From positions 1 to 62,641 of the forward strand of contig NZ_JAUMBI010000032.1 in NCBI RefSeq assembly GCF_032115815.1: a DNA stretch of 62,641 nucleotides, in the 5' to 3' direction. The notes under the pieces were generated by a model. That model was not told the origin of the DNA. It saw nothing but the letters and a program-made list of their open reading frames with translations, and made no database searches. This document shows, in pieces, positions 49,211 to 60,171 of the stretch. How positions within the stretch are numbered: the first letter of the stretch is position 1; every line of letters begins with the position of its first letter. Source of the DNA: Sandarakinorhabdus sp. Lineage in GTDB: Bacteria; Pseudomonadota; Alphaproteobacteria; Sphingomonadales; Sphingomonadaceae. Made by a program: the position numbers and the translations under genes.

Positions 49211-49569
49211 TGGAAACCACCACGCTGCGCCGCCCGCGCCCCGCGCCGTTGATCGTGACGGAAGGCGCATCGAACCGCATCGCCGCGATCCTCGCCGCCG
49301 CTCCCGCCGATGCCGTTGGTGTGCGCCTCTCTACCCCGCGCCGCGGCTGTTCCGGCCTCGCCTACGATCTGGCCTACGTCACCGCCGCCAAGCCGGCAGA
49401 CGAGCGCATCGACACGCCTGGCGGCACGTTGTTCGTCGATGGTGGCAGCCTGATGTACCTGATTGGCAGCACGATGGACTGGCGCGAGGATGATTTCACC
49501 GCCGGCTTCGTGTTCAATAACCCCAACGCCAAGGGCAGCTGCGGCTGCGGGGAAAGCTTTACCGTCTGA
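49210..49569 (+). CDS. sufA: A-type Fe-S carrier (SufA/IscA)
   Basis: RGCSGLAY, NPNAKGSCGCGESF. Confidence 0.93.
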   Translation: METTTLRRPRPAPLIVTEGASNRIAAILAAAPADAVGVRLSTPRRGCSGLAYDLAYVTAAKPADERIDTPGGTLFVDGGSLMYLIGSTMDWREDDFTAGFVFNNPNAKGSCGCGESFTV

Positions 49570-49625
49570 GGCCTGCGGCATCGCAGCGTCGCGCAGATGG
49601 GCGGTGAAACCGCTATGCCGCCGCT

Positions 49626-50834
49626 ATGCGCTTTCCCCTTACCCGCGACGCCGCCCTTGTCCGACTGCACGGTTTCCTGCCAATGGCCGGCCGCGCCTAT
49701 GCCGCGCGGCGCAATCATGACAGCGGGCCAGAGGGCAACGCGACCACGTCGCTGCTGTCCCCCGCCATCCGCCGCCGGCTGGTGAGCGAAGCCGAAGTCG
49801 CCGCCGCCGCCATCGCTGCTCATGGTTTCACCGGCGCCGAAAAATTCGTGCAGGAAGTGTGCTGGCGCACTTACTGGGTCGGCTGGCTGCAGCAGCGCCC
49901 GGAAATCTGGACACGATGGCAGGCCGATGTGGTGCGCATGGAGGCGATGCTGGCCGAGGACGGCAAGTGGCAGCGCCGGTACGAACTGGCACTCACCGGC
50001 AACACCGGCATCGACTGTTTCGATACCTGGGTGCACGAACTGATCGAAACCGGCTGGCTGCACAACCATGTGCGGATGAGCTTTGCCAGCATCTGGTGCT
50101 TCACTTTGCGCCTGCCCTGGCAGCTGGGCGCAGCCTTCTTCTACAAGCACCTCCTCGATGCTTGCCCGGCCAGCAACACGCTTGGCTGGCGCTGGGTGGT
50201 GGGCCTGCAGACGGCGGGGAAGACTTATCTGGCCCGCGCCGATCTGATCCGCGATCTGTCGGGCGGACGCTTTGCCGTGGATGCGCCTTTGGCCCGCGAG
50301 GCCGCGCCGTGGCCAGCGGACATCATCCCGCCACCGATCCCGCCCGCACCGGTGATCCAGGCCGATCCCGCCGCCCGCACCGGTCTGTTCGTCACCACGG
50401 AAGACACCAGCCTTGAAACGCTGGCCCTGCCCGGTGCCATCGTGGCGCTGGCTGCCACAGCTGATATCGGCGGCACCCCGGCGCCGCTGAAACACCAGGT
50501 GGCCATGGCGATGCTGGCCGACGGGCTTGAACGCGCCGCCACGCGGCTGGGGCTGGAACCGGAACGGGTGGACGCCACCTTCGGCGTGGACGCCATGCGC
50601 GATTGGGCCGCCCGCCACCGGCTGACGCAGATCATCACGGCCGATTCGCCCGTAGGCCCGGTTAAGGACCGGCTCGACGTGCTGGCCCCCGCGCTGGCCG
50701 CCGACGGCGTGCAGCTGGTGCGGTTGCGGCGGGCGTGGGATGATGTGGCCTGGCCGCACGCGAAAAAGGGCTTCTTTCCGTTCAAGGCGGCGATTCCGAA
50801 GCTGTTGGCGCTGCCGGCAACCGCAATTGCCTGA
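49626..50834 (+). CDS. DNA photolyase-family protein with N-terminal FAD-binding domain (inverted, NewPHL-type)
   Basis: TSLLSPAI, EKFVQEVCWRTYW, TGWLHNHVRM, LLDACPASNTLGWRW all lie in the N-terminal half. Confidence 0.85.
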   Translation: MRFPLTRDAALVRLHGFLPMAGRAYAARRNHDSGPEGNATTSLLSPAIRRRLVSEAEVAAAAIAAHGFTGAEKFVQEVCWRTYWVGWLQQRPEIWTRWQADVVRMEAMLAEDGKWQRRYELALTGNTGIDCFDTWVHELIETGWLHNHVRMSFASIWCFTLRLPWQLGAAFFYKHLLDACPASNTLGWRWVVGLQTAGKTYLARADLIRDLSGGRFAVDAPLAREAAPWPADIIPPPIPPAPVIQADPAARTGLFVTTEDTSLETLALPGAIVALAATADIGGTPAPLKHQVAMAMLADGLERAATRLGLEPERVDATFGVDAMRDWAARHRLTQIITADSPVGPVKDRLDVLAPALAADGVQLVRLRRAWDDVAWPHAKKGFFPFKAAIPKLLALPATAIA

Positions 50835-50879
50835 GGCCGCTTCATCAAAGCGTCAGCAAACTGCTGTTATGAGGTAACC

Positions 50880-51131
50880 ATGTTGTTGCGCCCGTTGCTT
50901 CTGCTTCCCCTGCCGCTGCTGCTCGCCGGGTGCCTGATGAGCGCCGCCAAGACCATCATCACCGCGCCGATCAAGGCCGGCGAAATCATCTACGACACCG
51001 CCACTGAAAGCCAGGAAGAGGCCGACATCAAGCGCGGCCGCGCCGCCCGCAAGGCGGATGAGCAGGCCGAGCGCGACGCCAAGCGTGCAGCACGCGAGCG
51101 GCGGCGCGCTGCAGAGGACACACCCCGCTAA
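50880..51131 (+). CDS. Small hypothetical lipoprotein
   Basis: GAGG RBS, lipobox LLAGC, charged helical tail. Confidence 0.75.
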   Translation: MLLRPLLLLPLPLLLAGCLMSAAKTIITAPIKAGEIIYDTATESQEEADIKRGRAARKADEQAERDAKRAARERRRAAEDTPR

Positions 51132-51174
51132 TCACCCCTTGCGGGTGACGCGGCCACCGTCCACGGTGCCGGCC

Positions 51175-52494
51175 ATGGGGGAAACGCGCACTTTCGCAGG
51201 CCATCCGGTGGGCCTGACAATCGTCACCGTGGCGGAAGCGCTGCAGGCGGCCGGCGTCTATGGCGTGCAGGCGCTGCTGATCCTCTACATGGCAAATTTC
51301 CTGTTCACGCCCGATCAGCTGGCCAGTGTTGGCGGCTTCGATGCGTGGCGCGGCCTGCTGGAAAGCCTGTTCGGCCCGATGAGTCTGCAGGCGCTCGCCA
51401 CCCAGACGATGGGGCTTTATCTTGGCCTGTTCTTCCTCACCCCGCTTTTGGGCGGCTGGTTGGGCGATCGCCTCTGGGGCCCGCGCCTCACCTGCATCCT
51501 GGGTGCGGTGCTGGCCACGACCGGCATGGTGATGGTGGTGATCCCGGCAACATTCCTGCCCGGCCTGCTGGTCTGCGCATTCGGCGCGGGCGCGTTGCGC
51601 TGCAACCTGAACGCACAGACCGGTCATCTCTATGCCCGCGACGATGCTCGCCGCGATGCGGCCTTCTCCATTCTTGCCGCCGGCCTCAACACCGGCGCCT
51701 TCCTCGGCCCGCTGCTCATCGGCGCGCTGGGCGAACGGGTAAACTGGCAATGGGGCTTTGCCGCGGCCTCCGGCTGCATGGCGCTGGCCGCGATCACGCT
51801 GCTGGTGGGCAACGGCCTGATGCCGGCCGATACCCCACCCGAAACCCGCCGCAGCGCCCGGCTGCAACCGGGCGACGGCAAAACGATCGCAGCGCTGATC
51901 GGCGTCATGCTGCTCACCAGCCTGTTCTGGCTGGCGCAAAGCCAAGTGTGGAACGTTTATTCTCTGTGGGGCCGCGATCATCTGGATCGCATGGTGCTGG
52001 GCTTTGACGTCCCCGTTACCTGGCTGCAGGCGTTTGACAGCCTGGCCCCCATCCTCGCCGTGCCGCCGGCGCTGGCGCTGTGGCGCTGGCAGGCAGCACG
52101 CGGCAAGGAGCCGAAAGAACTGGGCAAGATCGGCATCGGCATGGCGCTGATGGGAAGCGCCTTTGTCTGGCTGGCGGCGGGCAGCGGTGCCGAAAAGACG
52201 CCCATCTTGTGGGTCGTCGCTTTCCACCTGGTGCTGAATGTCGGCTGGCTCTACCTCGTCCCAACGGTGAACGCGCTGTTTTCCCGCGCCGCCCCGATGG
52301 CCATCACCGGCGTGATGCTGGGCGCGGTGCAGTTCGCGGTGTTTCTTGGCAGCACCATATCGGGCTGGTTGGGGCGCTTTTACGAGACGATGGACATCAG
52401 CGCCTTCTGGCTGCTCCACGCCGCCTTCCCGCTGACGGGCGCTGCGATCATGTGGGCCGTGCGCGGGCGGCTGGGGCGGGTGCTGAAACTCTAA
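51175..52494 (+). CDS. POT/PTR family peptide MFS transporter
   Basis: FAGHPVGL, LGGWLGDRLWG, RRDAAFS...NTGAFLGP, WQWGF. Confidence 0.88.
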   Translation: MGETRTFAGHPVGLTIVTVAEALQAAGVYGVQALLILYMANFLFTPDQLASVGGFDAWRGLLESLFGPMSLQALATQTMGLYLGLFFLTPLLGGWLGDRLWGPRLTCILGAVLATTGMVMVVIPATFLPGLLVCAFGAGALRCNLNAQTGHLYARDDARRDAAFSILAAGLNTGAFLGPLLIGALGERVNWQWGFAAASGCMALAAITLLVGNGLMPADTPPETRRSARLQPGDGKTIAALIGVMLLTSLFWLAQSQVWNVYSLWGRDHLDRMVLGFDVPVTWLQAFDSLAPILAVPPALALWRWQAARGKEPKELGKIGIGMALMGSAFVWLAAGSGAEKTPILWVVAFHLVLNVGWLYLVPTVNALFSRAAPMAITGVMLGAVQFAVFLGSTISGWLGRFYETMDISAFWLLHAAFPLTGAAIMWAVRGRLGRVLKL

Positions 52495-53039
52495 TCGTCC
52501 GGGCCCAGGCTCGGATCGAGATCACGCGGCCGCACGAACTTGGTCAGCTCCGCCCGGCCGCCATCGATCTGCGCCCAACGATCGATGGCGATATCGAGCC
52601 GGGCCAGCGTGGCGGTCGGATATTTCAGCTCCGCCTCGGCCCGCAGTTTCCCGCCCGGCGGCACCAGTTCCAGCAGCAGATCTTCCAGCCCCGGATTGTG
52701 GCCGACCAGCATGGCATCGGAAAACTCGTCGGAAAAACCGGCGCAGAGTTCGATCAGCGTGGCGGATGAGGACAGATAGATGCGCTGTTCATACACCGGC
52801 GCCAGCGGCCGGTTCATGCCGGCTTCCAGGCCTTCGATGGTCTGGCGCACACGCACGGCGGGCGAGGCAAAGACCAGCGCGAAATCCGGCATGTCGCCGC
52901 GCCGTATCGCAGCGCCCAGCCACTGCCCCACCTTCATCGCCGCGCGCCGGCCGCGATCGTTCAGCGGCCGATCGAAATCCCGCAGCAGGGGATCGTCATA
53001 GCCGGACTTGGCGTGGCGCAAGAGCGTGAGCGTCTTCAT
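52491..53039 (-). CDS. sixA: SixA-like histidine phosphatase
   Basis: LLRHAKS, DFDRPLN, SPAVR, LVGHNPG. Confidence 0.88.
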   Translation of the reverse strand: MKTLTLLRHAKSGYDDPLLRDFDRPLNDRGRRAAMKVGQWLGAAIRRGDMPDFALVFASPAVRVRQTIEGLEAGMNRPLAPVYEQRIYLSSSATLIELCAGFSDEFSDAMLVGHNPGLEDLLLELVPPGGKLRAEAELKYPTATLARLDIAIDRWAQIDGGRAELTKFVRPRDLDPSLGPDD

Positions 53040-55786
53040 GTGTGGCCAAGGCTTGGCACATCACCGGCGACGATTCCAGAGGCCGAAACGCCGGCCTTCA
53101 CCAATCGCACCGCCTCCTCCAGCGATACGCGCTCGATCGGCACACCGGGCGGGAAGGCGCCGAGCAGCCGCGACGGCACCGCCGGCCCCAGCAGCACGAA
53201 ATGGCCATGATCATCGGCGCGCCGGATCAGCCGGCCGAACGCCTGCGCCAGCCGGCCCATCACCACCCGATCATCAAAGCTATTGCCCCCGCCCGCGAGC
53301 CGCCTTGCTGCGTGGAGAACCGTGCGGCGCGGCCACGGCACGCCTTCCATGATCACCTGCCGCAAGGACGTGCCCGGCACATCCACCCCATCGCGCAGCG
53401 CATCCGTGCCGAGCAGACTCGCCCCCGGCTCGGCCCGGAAGATATCGACCAGCGTTGCCGTATCGATGGGATCAACATGCTGGGCATAAAGCGGCAGGCC
53501 AGCGCGCGCCAACGGATCCGCCAGCCGCGCATGCACCGCCCGCAAGCGCGCGATGGCCGTGAACAAGCCCAGCGTGCCGCCGCCCGCCGCCTCGATCAGC
53601 GTGCGATAGGCATGGGCCAGCCCGGCGATATCGCGCGGTTTCACGTCGGTCACGATCAGCACGCGCGCCTGGGCGCTGTAATCAAACGGGCTCGATGCCG
53701 CGAAATGCTTGGCCGGGCGCGGCAGCCGCGCCGCGCCGGTACGCAGTTCGGCATCCCGCCAATCATCGGCCAACGCATCGGGCCGCGACCGCAGCGTGGC
53801 CGACGTCACCAGCACGCCATGCGCCGGCTCCAGCACCGCACCGGCGAATGGCCGCATCGGATCAAGCCAGCGCCGCTGGATACCGACATCAAGCAGCCGC
53901 CCTTCGGCGCGCGCCAGGTCCAGCCAATCGATGAAATCCGGATCGGCCGGGCCTCCAAGGCGCGCCAGCAGTTGCTGCCACGCGCCCAGCAACTGCGCCC
54001 GCAACGTCAAGCCGGCGCGCGCGCCTTCCACTCGCGCTCGCGCCCCGCCATCCAGCCAATCGGGCGGATCCTCCAGCAGCAGCGCCAGCCGGCCTTCCAG
54101 CTGCGCCATCGGCGTCACCATCGCGCCCAGCGCTGCAGTAGCGGCGGCGGCGGCCTCCACCAGCCGGGGCAGGACTTCGGCGACTTCGGTTTCGAGGCCA
54201 TAGCCGTGATCAGCCTCCTCGGCGCGCGCCAGCACTTGGCCGCGCACGGCAGCGAACAGGCCTTCCAATGGCCCTTCGGCTTCATCCGTGCCCACCCGCC
54301 CCAGCCAGCCTTCGCCGGGCAAGTGCCGCGCCGCCGCCGCAATACGTTCCACCGCCTGCGCTGCCTCATCATCATAGCTGATCGCATCGGCCAGCCGCGC
54401 CGCGAGCCCGCGCCGCCGGCCGCGCCCGGCCGCGCGTTCCGGGCCGAGCAGCCAGTTCTTCAACTCCACCGCCTCGCGGCCGGTCAGCGCCACCGCGAAC
54501 GTTGCATCGGCGGCGTCGAACAGGTGATGGCCTTCGTCGAACACCAGCCGGGTGAGGCCGCTGCCTTCGGCCCGGCCGCGCGCCGCGTTGATCATCACCA
54601 GCGCGTGGTTGGCGATCACCAGATCGGCCTGAGCGCTGGCCCGTGTCGCGCGTTCGATGAAGCAGCTGCGATAATGCGGGCAGGCCGCATAAATGCACTC
54701 GCCGCGGCGATCGGTCAGCCCGGCAAAGCTGGTGCGGCCAAACAGCGGCGGCAACCAGCCGGGCAGATCGCCCCCTACCATGTCGCCATCGCGCGTGTAT
54801 TCGGCCCAACGTTCGGCCAGCCGCGCAAACACCGCCGCGCGCCCGCCGAAACCGCCCTGCACCGCGTCTTCTAGGTTGAGCAGGCAGAGATAATTCTCCC
54901 GGCCCTTGCGCACCACCACCTTGGCACGGCGTTCGGCCGGATCGGGCCACACCCGCGCGGTTTCGGCATCCAATTGGCGTTGCAGCGCCTTGGTGAAGGT
55001 CGCCACCCACACCGTCCCTTGCGCCTCGCGCGCCCAAAGGCTGGCCGGCGCCAGGTAGCCCAACGTCTTGCCAATGCCCGTCCCGGCTTCGGCCAGCATC
55101 ATCTGCGGCGCACCGCTGGCATCGCGCGGGGCGAAGGCGGCGGCGGCGGCCCGCGCATAATCGCGCTGGCCATCGCGCTGTTCGGCGCCACTGCCCACCA
55201 GCCGCGCCAGTTCCGCCGCCACCGCACCATCCTCCAGCGCCACCACACGCGGCGTGGGGCGCGGCGGCGCTTCCTCCCACTTGGGCAGCAACTGGAACAC
55301 GTGGCGTTCGGGCGCGCGCGGCTTTTCGATCAACTTTGCCAGATGCGGCGCCCAGGCCCAGCGTTGGCGGCCAAGGCTTTGCAATGACGTCCACGCGCCA
55401 TGCCGTTCTGGCCAATCGGGCTGTGCCGCCACCGCCAGCAACGCCCCGGCCGCCCGTTGCAGGAAGCCGGCATCACTCTCGCCCTTGGGCGGCGCGATCC
55501 CCAACGCCGCCGCCAGCCCATGCGCCGTCGGCACGGCAAAGCGCGCCGGATACAGAAAAGCGAACAACTCCAGCAGATCAAGGCCCGACAATTCGCCAAT
55601 GCCCAGCCGGCTCGCCGTGACGGGCGCATTCAGCAGCAGGTGCGGGCTGTCCCCGGCGCGGGCCATCGCCTCGCCGCGCCCCACCCCGCGCACGCTGCCA
55701 TCCGGCGCGGCAATCCACACCCCGGCATGGCTGGCCACCAGCGCCGGGATCGCCAACGGCGCATCGCGGGATTCAGTTGCACTCAT
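53036..55786 (-). CDS. dinG: DinG/YoaA-family ATP-dependent DNA helicase
   Basis: EAGTGIGKT, KGRENYLC, Fe-S Cys cluster ECIYAACPHYRSC, DEGH, TSAT, QAFGRLIR. Confidence 0.92.
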   Translation of the reverse strand: MSATESRDAPLAIPALVASHAGVWIAAPDGSVRGVGRGEAMARAGDSPHLLLNAPVTASRLGIGELSGLDLLELFAFLYPARFAVPTAHGLAAALGIAPPKGESDAGFLQRAAGALLAVAAQPDWPERHGAWTSLQSLGRQRWAWAPHLAKLIEKPRAPERHVFQLLPKWEEAPPRPTPRVVALEDGAVAAELARLVGSGAEQRDGQRDYARAAAAAFAPRDASGAPQMMLAEAGTGIGKTLGYLAPASLWAREAQGTVWVATFTKALQRQLDAETARVWPDPAERRAKVVVRKGRENYLCLLNLEDAVQGGFGGRAAVFARLAERWAEYTRDGDMVGGDLPGWLPPLFGRTSFAGLTDRRGECIYAACPHYRSCFIERATRASAQADLVIANHALVMINAARGRAEGSGLTRLVFDEGHHLFDAADATFAVALTGREAVELKNWLLGPERAAGRGRRRGLAARLADAISYDDEAAQAVERIAAAARHLPGEGWLGRVGTDEAEGPLEGLFAAVRGQVLARAEEADHGYGLETEVAEVLPRLVEAAAAATAALGAMVTPMAQLEGRLALLLEDPPDWLDGGARARVEGARAGLTLRAQLLGAWQQLLARLGGPADPDFIDWLDLARAEGRLLDVGIQRRWLDPMRPFAGAVLEPAHGVLVTSATLRSRPDALADDWRDAELRTGAARLPRPAKHFAASSPFDYSAQARVLIVTDVKPRDIAGLAHAYRTLIEAAGGGTLGLFTAIARLRAVHARLADPLARAGLPLYAQHVDPIDTATLVDIFRAEPGASLLGTDALRDGVDVPGTSLRQVIMEGVPWPRRTVLHAARRLAGGGNSFDDRVVMGRLAQAFGRLIRRADDHGHFVLLGPAVPSRLLGAFPPGVPIERVSLEEAVRLVKAGVSASGIVAGDVPSLGHT

Positions 55787-55835
55787 GAAGTTCAGTCGCC
55801 AGAGGAAGGCCGAACCCAACCGATAGCCAAAAGCC

Positions 55836-57422
55836 ATGACCATCACCACCGAAACCCTGCAAGCCGCCGCTCTTGAGAACAAGGCCTGGCCCTTCGAGGA
55901 AGCCCGCAAGGTGCTGGCGCGCTATCCGAACGGCGTGCCGGCCGGCCACGCGGTGATCTTTGAAACCGGTTATGGCCCATCGGGCCTGCCGCACATCGGC
56001 ACCTTTGGCGAAGTGGTGCGCACCACCATGGTTCGCCGCGCCTTCGAAGCGCTGGTGCCGGGCGTGAAGACGCGCCTGATCGCCTTTTCCGACGACATGG
56101 ACGGGCTGCGCAAGGTGCCGGATGGCATCCCCAACCCCGAAATGCTGCGCGAAGACCTCGGCAAGCCACTGACCCAGGTGCGCGACCCGTTCGGCACGCA
56201 CAGCAGCTTTGGCGCCCACAACAACGCTCGCCTGCGGGCTTTCCTCGATTCGTTCGGGTTCGATTACGAGTTCCTGTCGTCCACCGAATGCTACGCCAGC
56301 GGCATGTTCGATGCGACGCTGCTGCGCATTCTGGCGCATTATGACGACGTGATGGGCATCATCCTGCCCACCCTCGGCCCCGAGCGCCGCGCCACCTACT
56401 CGCCGTTCCTGCCGGTTGATCCGGTTTCCGGCCATGTGCTGCAGGTGCCGATCATCGCCCGCGACGTCGCGGCAGGAACGGTCTCCTACGTCCGCCCCGG
56501 CACCAACGACACCGTTACCGTTCCCGTCACCGGCGGCCATTGCAAGCTGCAGTGGAAGGTCGATTGGGCCATGCGCTGGCTGGCGCTGGGCGTCGATTAC
56601 GAAATGGCCGGCAAGGATCTGATCGACAGCGTCATGCTCTCCGGCAAGATCGTCCGCGCGCTCGGCGGCAACCCACCCGCCGGCTTCAATTACGAGCTGT
56701 TCCTCGATGGCGAAGGCGCCAAGATTTCGAAGTCCAAGGGCAACGGCCTGACCATCGAACAATGGCTGGATTACGGCCCGCCCGAAAGCCTGGCGCTCTA
56801 CATGTTCCAAAGCCCGCGCAAGGCCAAGCGCCTGCATTACGACGTGATCCCGCGCGCTATCGAGGATTATGCCGATTTCCTCAGCCGTTACCCGGAACAG
56901 CCGATCGAACAGCAGCTCGGCAACCCGGTGCACCATATCCACGAAGGCAAGCCGCCCAGCCACGCGCTGCCGGTGAGCTTCTCATTGCTGCTCAACCTCG
57001 CCTCGGTCGCCGCCACCGACGATCCGGCGCGGCTGTGGGGCTTCGTGAAGCGCTATGCCCCCGGCTCCAGCCCGGAATCCCACCCGATGCTCGACCGGCT
57101 GGTCCATCACGCCGCTGCCTATGCCCGCGATTTCGTCGTCCCCGGCCTCAACCGCCGCGCACCCACCGAAACCGAAGCCGCCGCCCTGCGCGATCTCGAT
57201 GCGCGTCTGGCCGCCGTGGGCGCAGACGGGGACGCCGAAGCCTACCAGTTCGAAGTCTACGAAGCCGGCAAGGCCGCCGGCTACGAAAACCTGCGCGACT
57301 GGTTCAAGGCGCTCTATGAAATCCTCATCGGCAGCCAGAATGGCCCCCGCATGGGCGGCTTCATCGCGCTTTATGGCCTGGCACAAAGCCGGGCGCTGAT
57401 CGCGGACGCGCTGGCGGATTAA
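55836..57422 (+). CDS. lysS: Lysine--tRNA ligase, class I
   Basis: [35 protein letters not shown]. Confidence 0.97.
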   Translation: MTITTETLQAAALENKAWPFEEARKVLARYPNGVPAGHAVIFETGYGPSGLPHIGTFGEVVRTTMVRRAFEALVPGVKTRLIAFSDDMDGLRKVPDGIPNPEMLREDLGKPLTQVRDPFGTHSSFGAHNNARLRAFLDSFGFDYEFLSSTECYASGMFDATLLRILAHYDDVMGIILPTLGPERRATYSPFLPVDPVSGHVLQVPIIARDVAAGTVSYVRPGTNDTVTVPVTGGHCKLQWKVDWAMRWLALGVDYEMAGKDLIDSVMLSGKIVRALGGNPPAGFNYELFLDGEGAKISKSKGNGLTIEQWLDYGPPESLALYMFQSPRKAKRLHYDVIPRAIEDYADFLSRYPEQPIEQQLGNPVHHIHEGKPPSHALPVSFSLLLNLASVAATDDPARLWGFVKRYAPGSSPESHPMLDRLVHHAAAYARDFVVPGLNRRAPTETEAAALRDLDARLAAVGADGDAEAYQFEVYEAGKAAGYENLRDWFKALYEILIGSQNGPRMGGFIALYGLAQSRALIADALAD

Positions 57423-58141
57423 ATCCCCGCCCCGCCATCAATCGTCTGTGTCGTCCCGGTAATCATCGCGGCGGCCGGGCTGGCGAGATAAAGCACCAGC
57501 GAGGCCACTTCATCAGCCGTGGCGTGGCGTTTGATAGCCATGCCGGAATGCATCATTTTGGCCATCGGGCCGTTCGCCGGGTTCATGTCGGTGTCGACCG
57601 GGCCTGGCTGCACCACGTTGACGGTGATGCCGCGCGCACCGAAATCGCGCGCCAGGCCGCGGCCGATGCCCTGCACGGCGGATTTGGACATCCCATAGGC
57701 CGTACCGCCGGGCCACGGCGCGCGATCACCGCTGATCGAACCGATGATGACGATCCGGCCATTGTCGTGCATCTGGCGGCCAGCTTCGACCCCAGCAAAA
57801 TAGACCGCACGCACATTGATATCGATCAGCCGGTCAACGGCATCGGGATTCGTCGTCAGCGGATCGCCCATGATGCCCACGCCGGCGTTGATTACCATAA
57901 TGTCGAGCGCGCCTGCCGCCGCCACCGCGGCAATCAGTTCGTCGCGGTTGGCGCTGTCGGCCATCACCGCCGTGGCGCCCGTTTCGGCCGAAACTGCTGC
58001 CGCCGCATCGGGTGAACCGGAATAGCTGAAGGAGACATTCGCGCCGGCTTTCGTGAAATGGCGCACGATCGCCGCCCCAATTCCCCGGCTGCCGCCCAGC
58101 ACCATCACCGATTTGCCCGAAAAATCGCTCATCTGCGTCAT
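57419..58141 (-). CDS. SDR family oxidoreductase (BdcA-like)
   Basis: [28 protein letters not shown]. Confidence 0.9.
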   Translation of the reverse strand: MTQMSDFSGKSVMVLGGSRGIGAAIVRHFTKAGANVSFSYSGSPDAAAAVSAETGATAVMADSANRDELIAAVAAAGALDIMVINAGVGIMGDPLTTNPDAVDRLIDINVRAVYFAGVEAGRQMHDNGRIVIIGSISGDRAPWPGGTAYGMSKSAVQGIGRGLARDFGARGITVNVVQPGPVDTDMNPANGPMAKMMHSGMAIKRHATADEVASLVLYLASPAAAMITGTTQTIDGGAGI

Positions 58142-58225
58142 CTCCGCGTGCTGGGATTAAGCTGCCGTTCTGGCATGAACGTGGAGTATTGCCGACAAGT
58201 TCAGCCTCTCCAAGCGGGAAACAGC

Positions 58226-58981
58226 ATGTCCAAACCCCTCTTCGCCCTGCTTCTGGCGCTGGCCAGCCCCGCCAGCGCCGCCGCCATCGATGAATTCCGC
58301 GCCGGCGATTGGGCTGGGGCTATGCGCGAGGGACGGGCGGAGAACACGGTGGAGAGCCTGATCCTGTCGGGCCGGGCGCAACTCGCCATCGCCGGCTATC
58401 AGACGACGGACAAGACCCGGGCGCTGGCCATCGTCACTGCAGCCGAATCCGATTTCGACAAGGCACTGGCCCGCGATCCCGCCAACGTGCCGGCGCAACT
58501 GCAAAAGGCCGTCGCCATCGCCTACCGCGCGCAGCTCACACGCGGCATCGGCCTCGCCAAGGAAACCCGCCGCCGCTTCGAAACCATCCGAACCGCCCAC
58601 CCCGACAACAGCCTGGTGTGGGGCGCACTCGGCGGCTGGCACGGCGGCGCGGTCGCCACCGTGGGCAGCTTCCTCGCCGGCACCGCACTGGGCGCCAAGA
58701 AATCCGAGATGGAGCGCTGCTACGCCCAGGCGCTGAAACTGGCACCGGGCCTGCCGTCTACCCGCGTGTTCTTTGCCATCACCCTGCTCGATCTCGACGC
58801 CGGCAACGCCACACGCGCGGCCGGACTGCTGAAGGGGCTGGAAAGCCTGCCCGCGCAGGACGGGTTTGAAGCACTGCTGAAGCGGCAAGGGCTGGAACTG
58901 GCGGCGGTGCTGGCCAAGGGCGATGCAGCGGCGGCGCAAGCAACGGCGAGACGATTGAAGGCGTTCAGCCGGATTGCGTGA
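58226..58981 (+). CDS. Secreted helical (TPR-like) hypothetical protein
   Basis: Signal peptide ending ASA; TPR-like turns ALARDPAN, AHPDN, ALKLAP. Confidence 0.75.
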   Translation: MSKPLFALLLALASPASAAAIDEFRAGDWAGAMREGRAENTVESLILSGRAQLAIAGYQTTDKTRALAIVTAAESDFDKALARDPANVPAQLQKAVAIAYRAQLTRGIGLAKETRRRFETIRTAHPDNSLVWGALGGWHGGAVATVGSFLAGTALGAKKSEMERCYAQALKLAPGLPSTRVFFAITLLDLDAGNATRAAGLLKGLESLPAQDGFEALLKRQGLELAAVLAKGDAAAAQATARRLKAFSRIA

Positions 58982-58988
58982 ATAAAAT

Positions 58989-59086
58989 GCCTCCGGCGGG
59001 CAAGGTCGCGGACCCTGCACCCGTTGGTTTTGAACAGCCCGAAAACGAAAGTGGGTGCAGGGGCTCAGCCCCTGCCCGCCGGAGGC
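58989..59086. repeat. Composite REP/REPIN-like element (family B)
   Basis: Outer arms GCCTCCGGCGGGCA...TGCCCGCCGGAGGC are identical to the 19980 hairpin arms; inner arms CCCTGCACCC...GGGTGCAGGG. Confidence 0.85.
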
Positions 59087-59090
59087 CTCC

Positions 59091-59405
59091 TTACGTCGAC
59101 CTTTTGGCCTTCTCGTCGATGCCCGAAACGCCCTCACGGCGGGCCAGTTCGGCGCGAACGTCGTCGAACGACAGGCCGGCATCGGCCAGCAGCACGGCCA
59201 GATGGAACATCAGATCGGCGCTTTCCGACACCATGCCCGGCTTGTCGTCGCTCATTGCGGCGATCACCACTTCCACGGCTTCCTCGCCGAGTTTCTGCGC
59301 CATCTTGGCGCGGCCCTTGGCGGTGAGTTTGGCCACGTAAGACGTCGCCGGATCGCCGCTGCGCCGTTCGATGATGGTGGCCAGCAGCTGATCAAAGCGC
59401 TCCAT
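59091..59405 (-). CDS. hisE: Phosphoribosyl-ATP diphosphatase
   Basis: [22 protein letters not shown]. Confidence 0.95.
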   Translation of the reverse strand: MERFDQLLATIIERRSGDPATSYVAKLTAKGRAKMAQKLGEEAVEVVIAAMSDDKPGMVSESADLMFHLAVLLADAGLSFDDVRAELARREGVSGIDEKAKRST

Positions 59406-60171
59406 GAAACACCTCCCGCACCGGCAGCCCGGCGTCTGCCAGCGCCGCGCGCGCCTGGGCCACGGTCACTTCGCCGAAATGGAAGATGGAGGCCGCCAAC
59501 ACGGCCGAAGCATGGCCGTCGCGCACGCCGCTGACAAGATCGGCGACGCCGCCCACCCCGCCCGAGGCCACCACCGGCACCGGCACCGCATCGGAAATCA
59601 TCCGGGTCAGCGCCAGATCGTAACCGGCCTTGGTGCCGTCGCGATCCATCGAGGTGAGCAGGATTTCGCCGGCGCCCAGACGCGCGGCTTCGATGGCATA
59701 GGCCACCGCGTCGATGCCGGTCGCCTTGCGGCCACCGTGGGTGAAGATTTCCCATTTGCCTGGGCCGACGGCCTTGGCATCGACCGCCACCACCACGCAT
59801 TGTTCGCCGAAGCGCATGGCCAATTCGCCAATCAGCGCCGGGCGCGCGACGGCGGCGCTGTTCACCGCCACCTTGTCGGCGCCGGCCAGCAGCAGCGCGC
59901 GCGCATCCTCCACCGAACGCACGCCGCCACCAACAGTGAGCGGCATGAAGCACTGATCGGCGGTGCGCTCGACGATATCGAGCAATGTGCCGCGGTTTTC
60001 GTGGGAGGCCGTGATGTCGAGGAAGCAGAGTTCGTCCGCCCCGGCCGCATCATAGGCCGCGGCCGCCTGCACCGGATCGCCGGCATCGCGCAAAGCGACG
60101 AAGTTCACGCCCTTCACCACGCGGCCATTGGCGACATCAAGGCAGGGGATGATGCGGACGGCCAGTGTCAT
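59392..60171 (-). CDS. hisF: Imidazole glycerol phosphate synthase subunit HisF
   Basis: [25 protein letters not shown]. Confidence 0.97.
   Translation of the reverse strand: MTLAVRIIPCLDVANGRVVKGVNFVALRDAGDPVQAAAAYDAAGADELCFLDITASHENRGTLLDIVERTADQCFMPLTVGGGVRSVEDARALLLAGADKVAVNSAAVARPALIGELAMRFGEQCVVVAVDAKAVGPGKWEIFTHGGRKATGIDAVAYAIEAARLGAGEILLTSMDRDGTKAGYDLALTRMISDAVPVPVVASGGVGGVADLVSGVRDGHASAVLAASIFHFGEVTVAQARAALADAGLPVREVFHGAL

Noticed and set aside
51132-51149. TCACCC-CTTGC-GGGTGA hairpin as another family C copy
   Set aside because: Stem too short and divergent to distinguish from chance.
55836-57422. Class I LysRS as a sign of archaeal gene transfer
   Set aside because: Class I LysRS is common in alphaproteobacteria, and codon usage matches the neighbouring genes.
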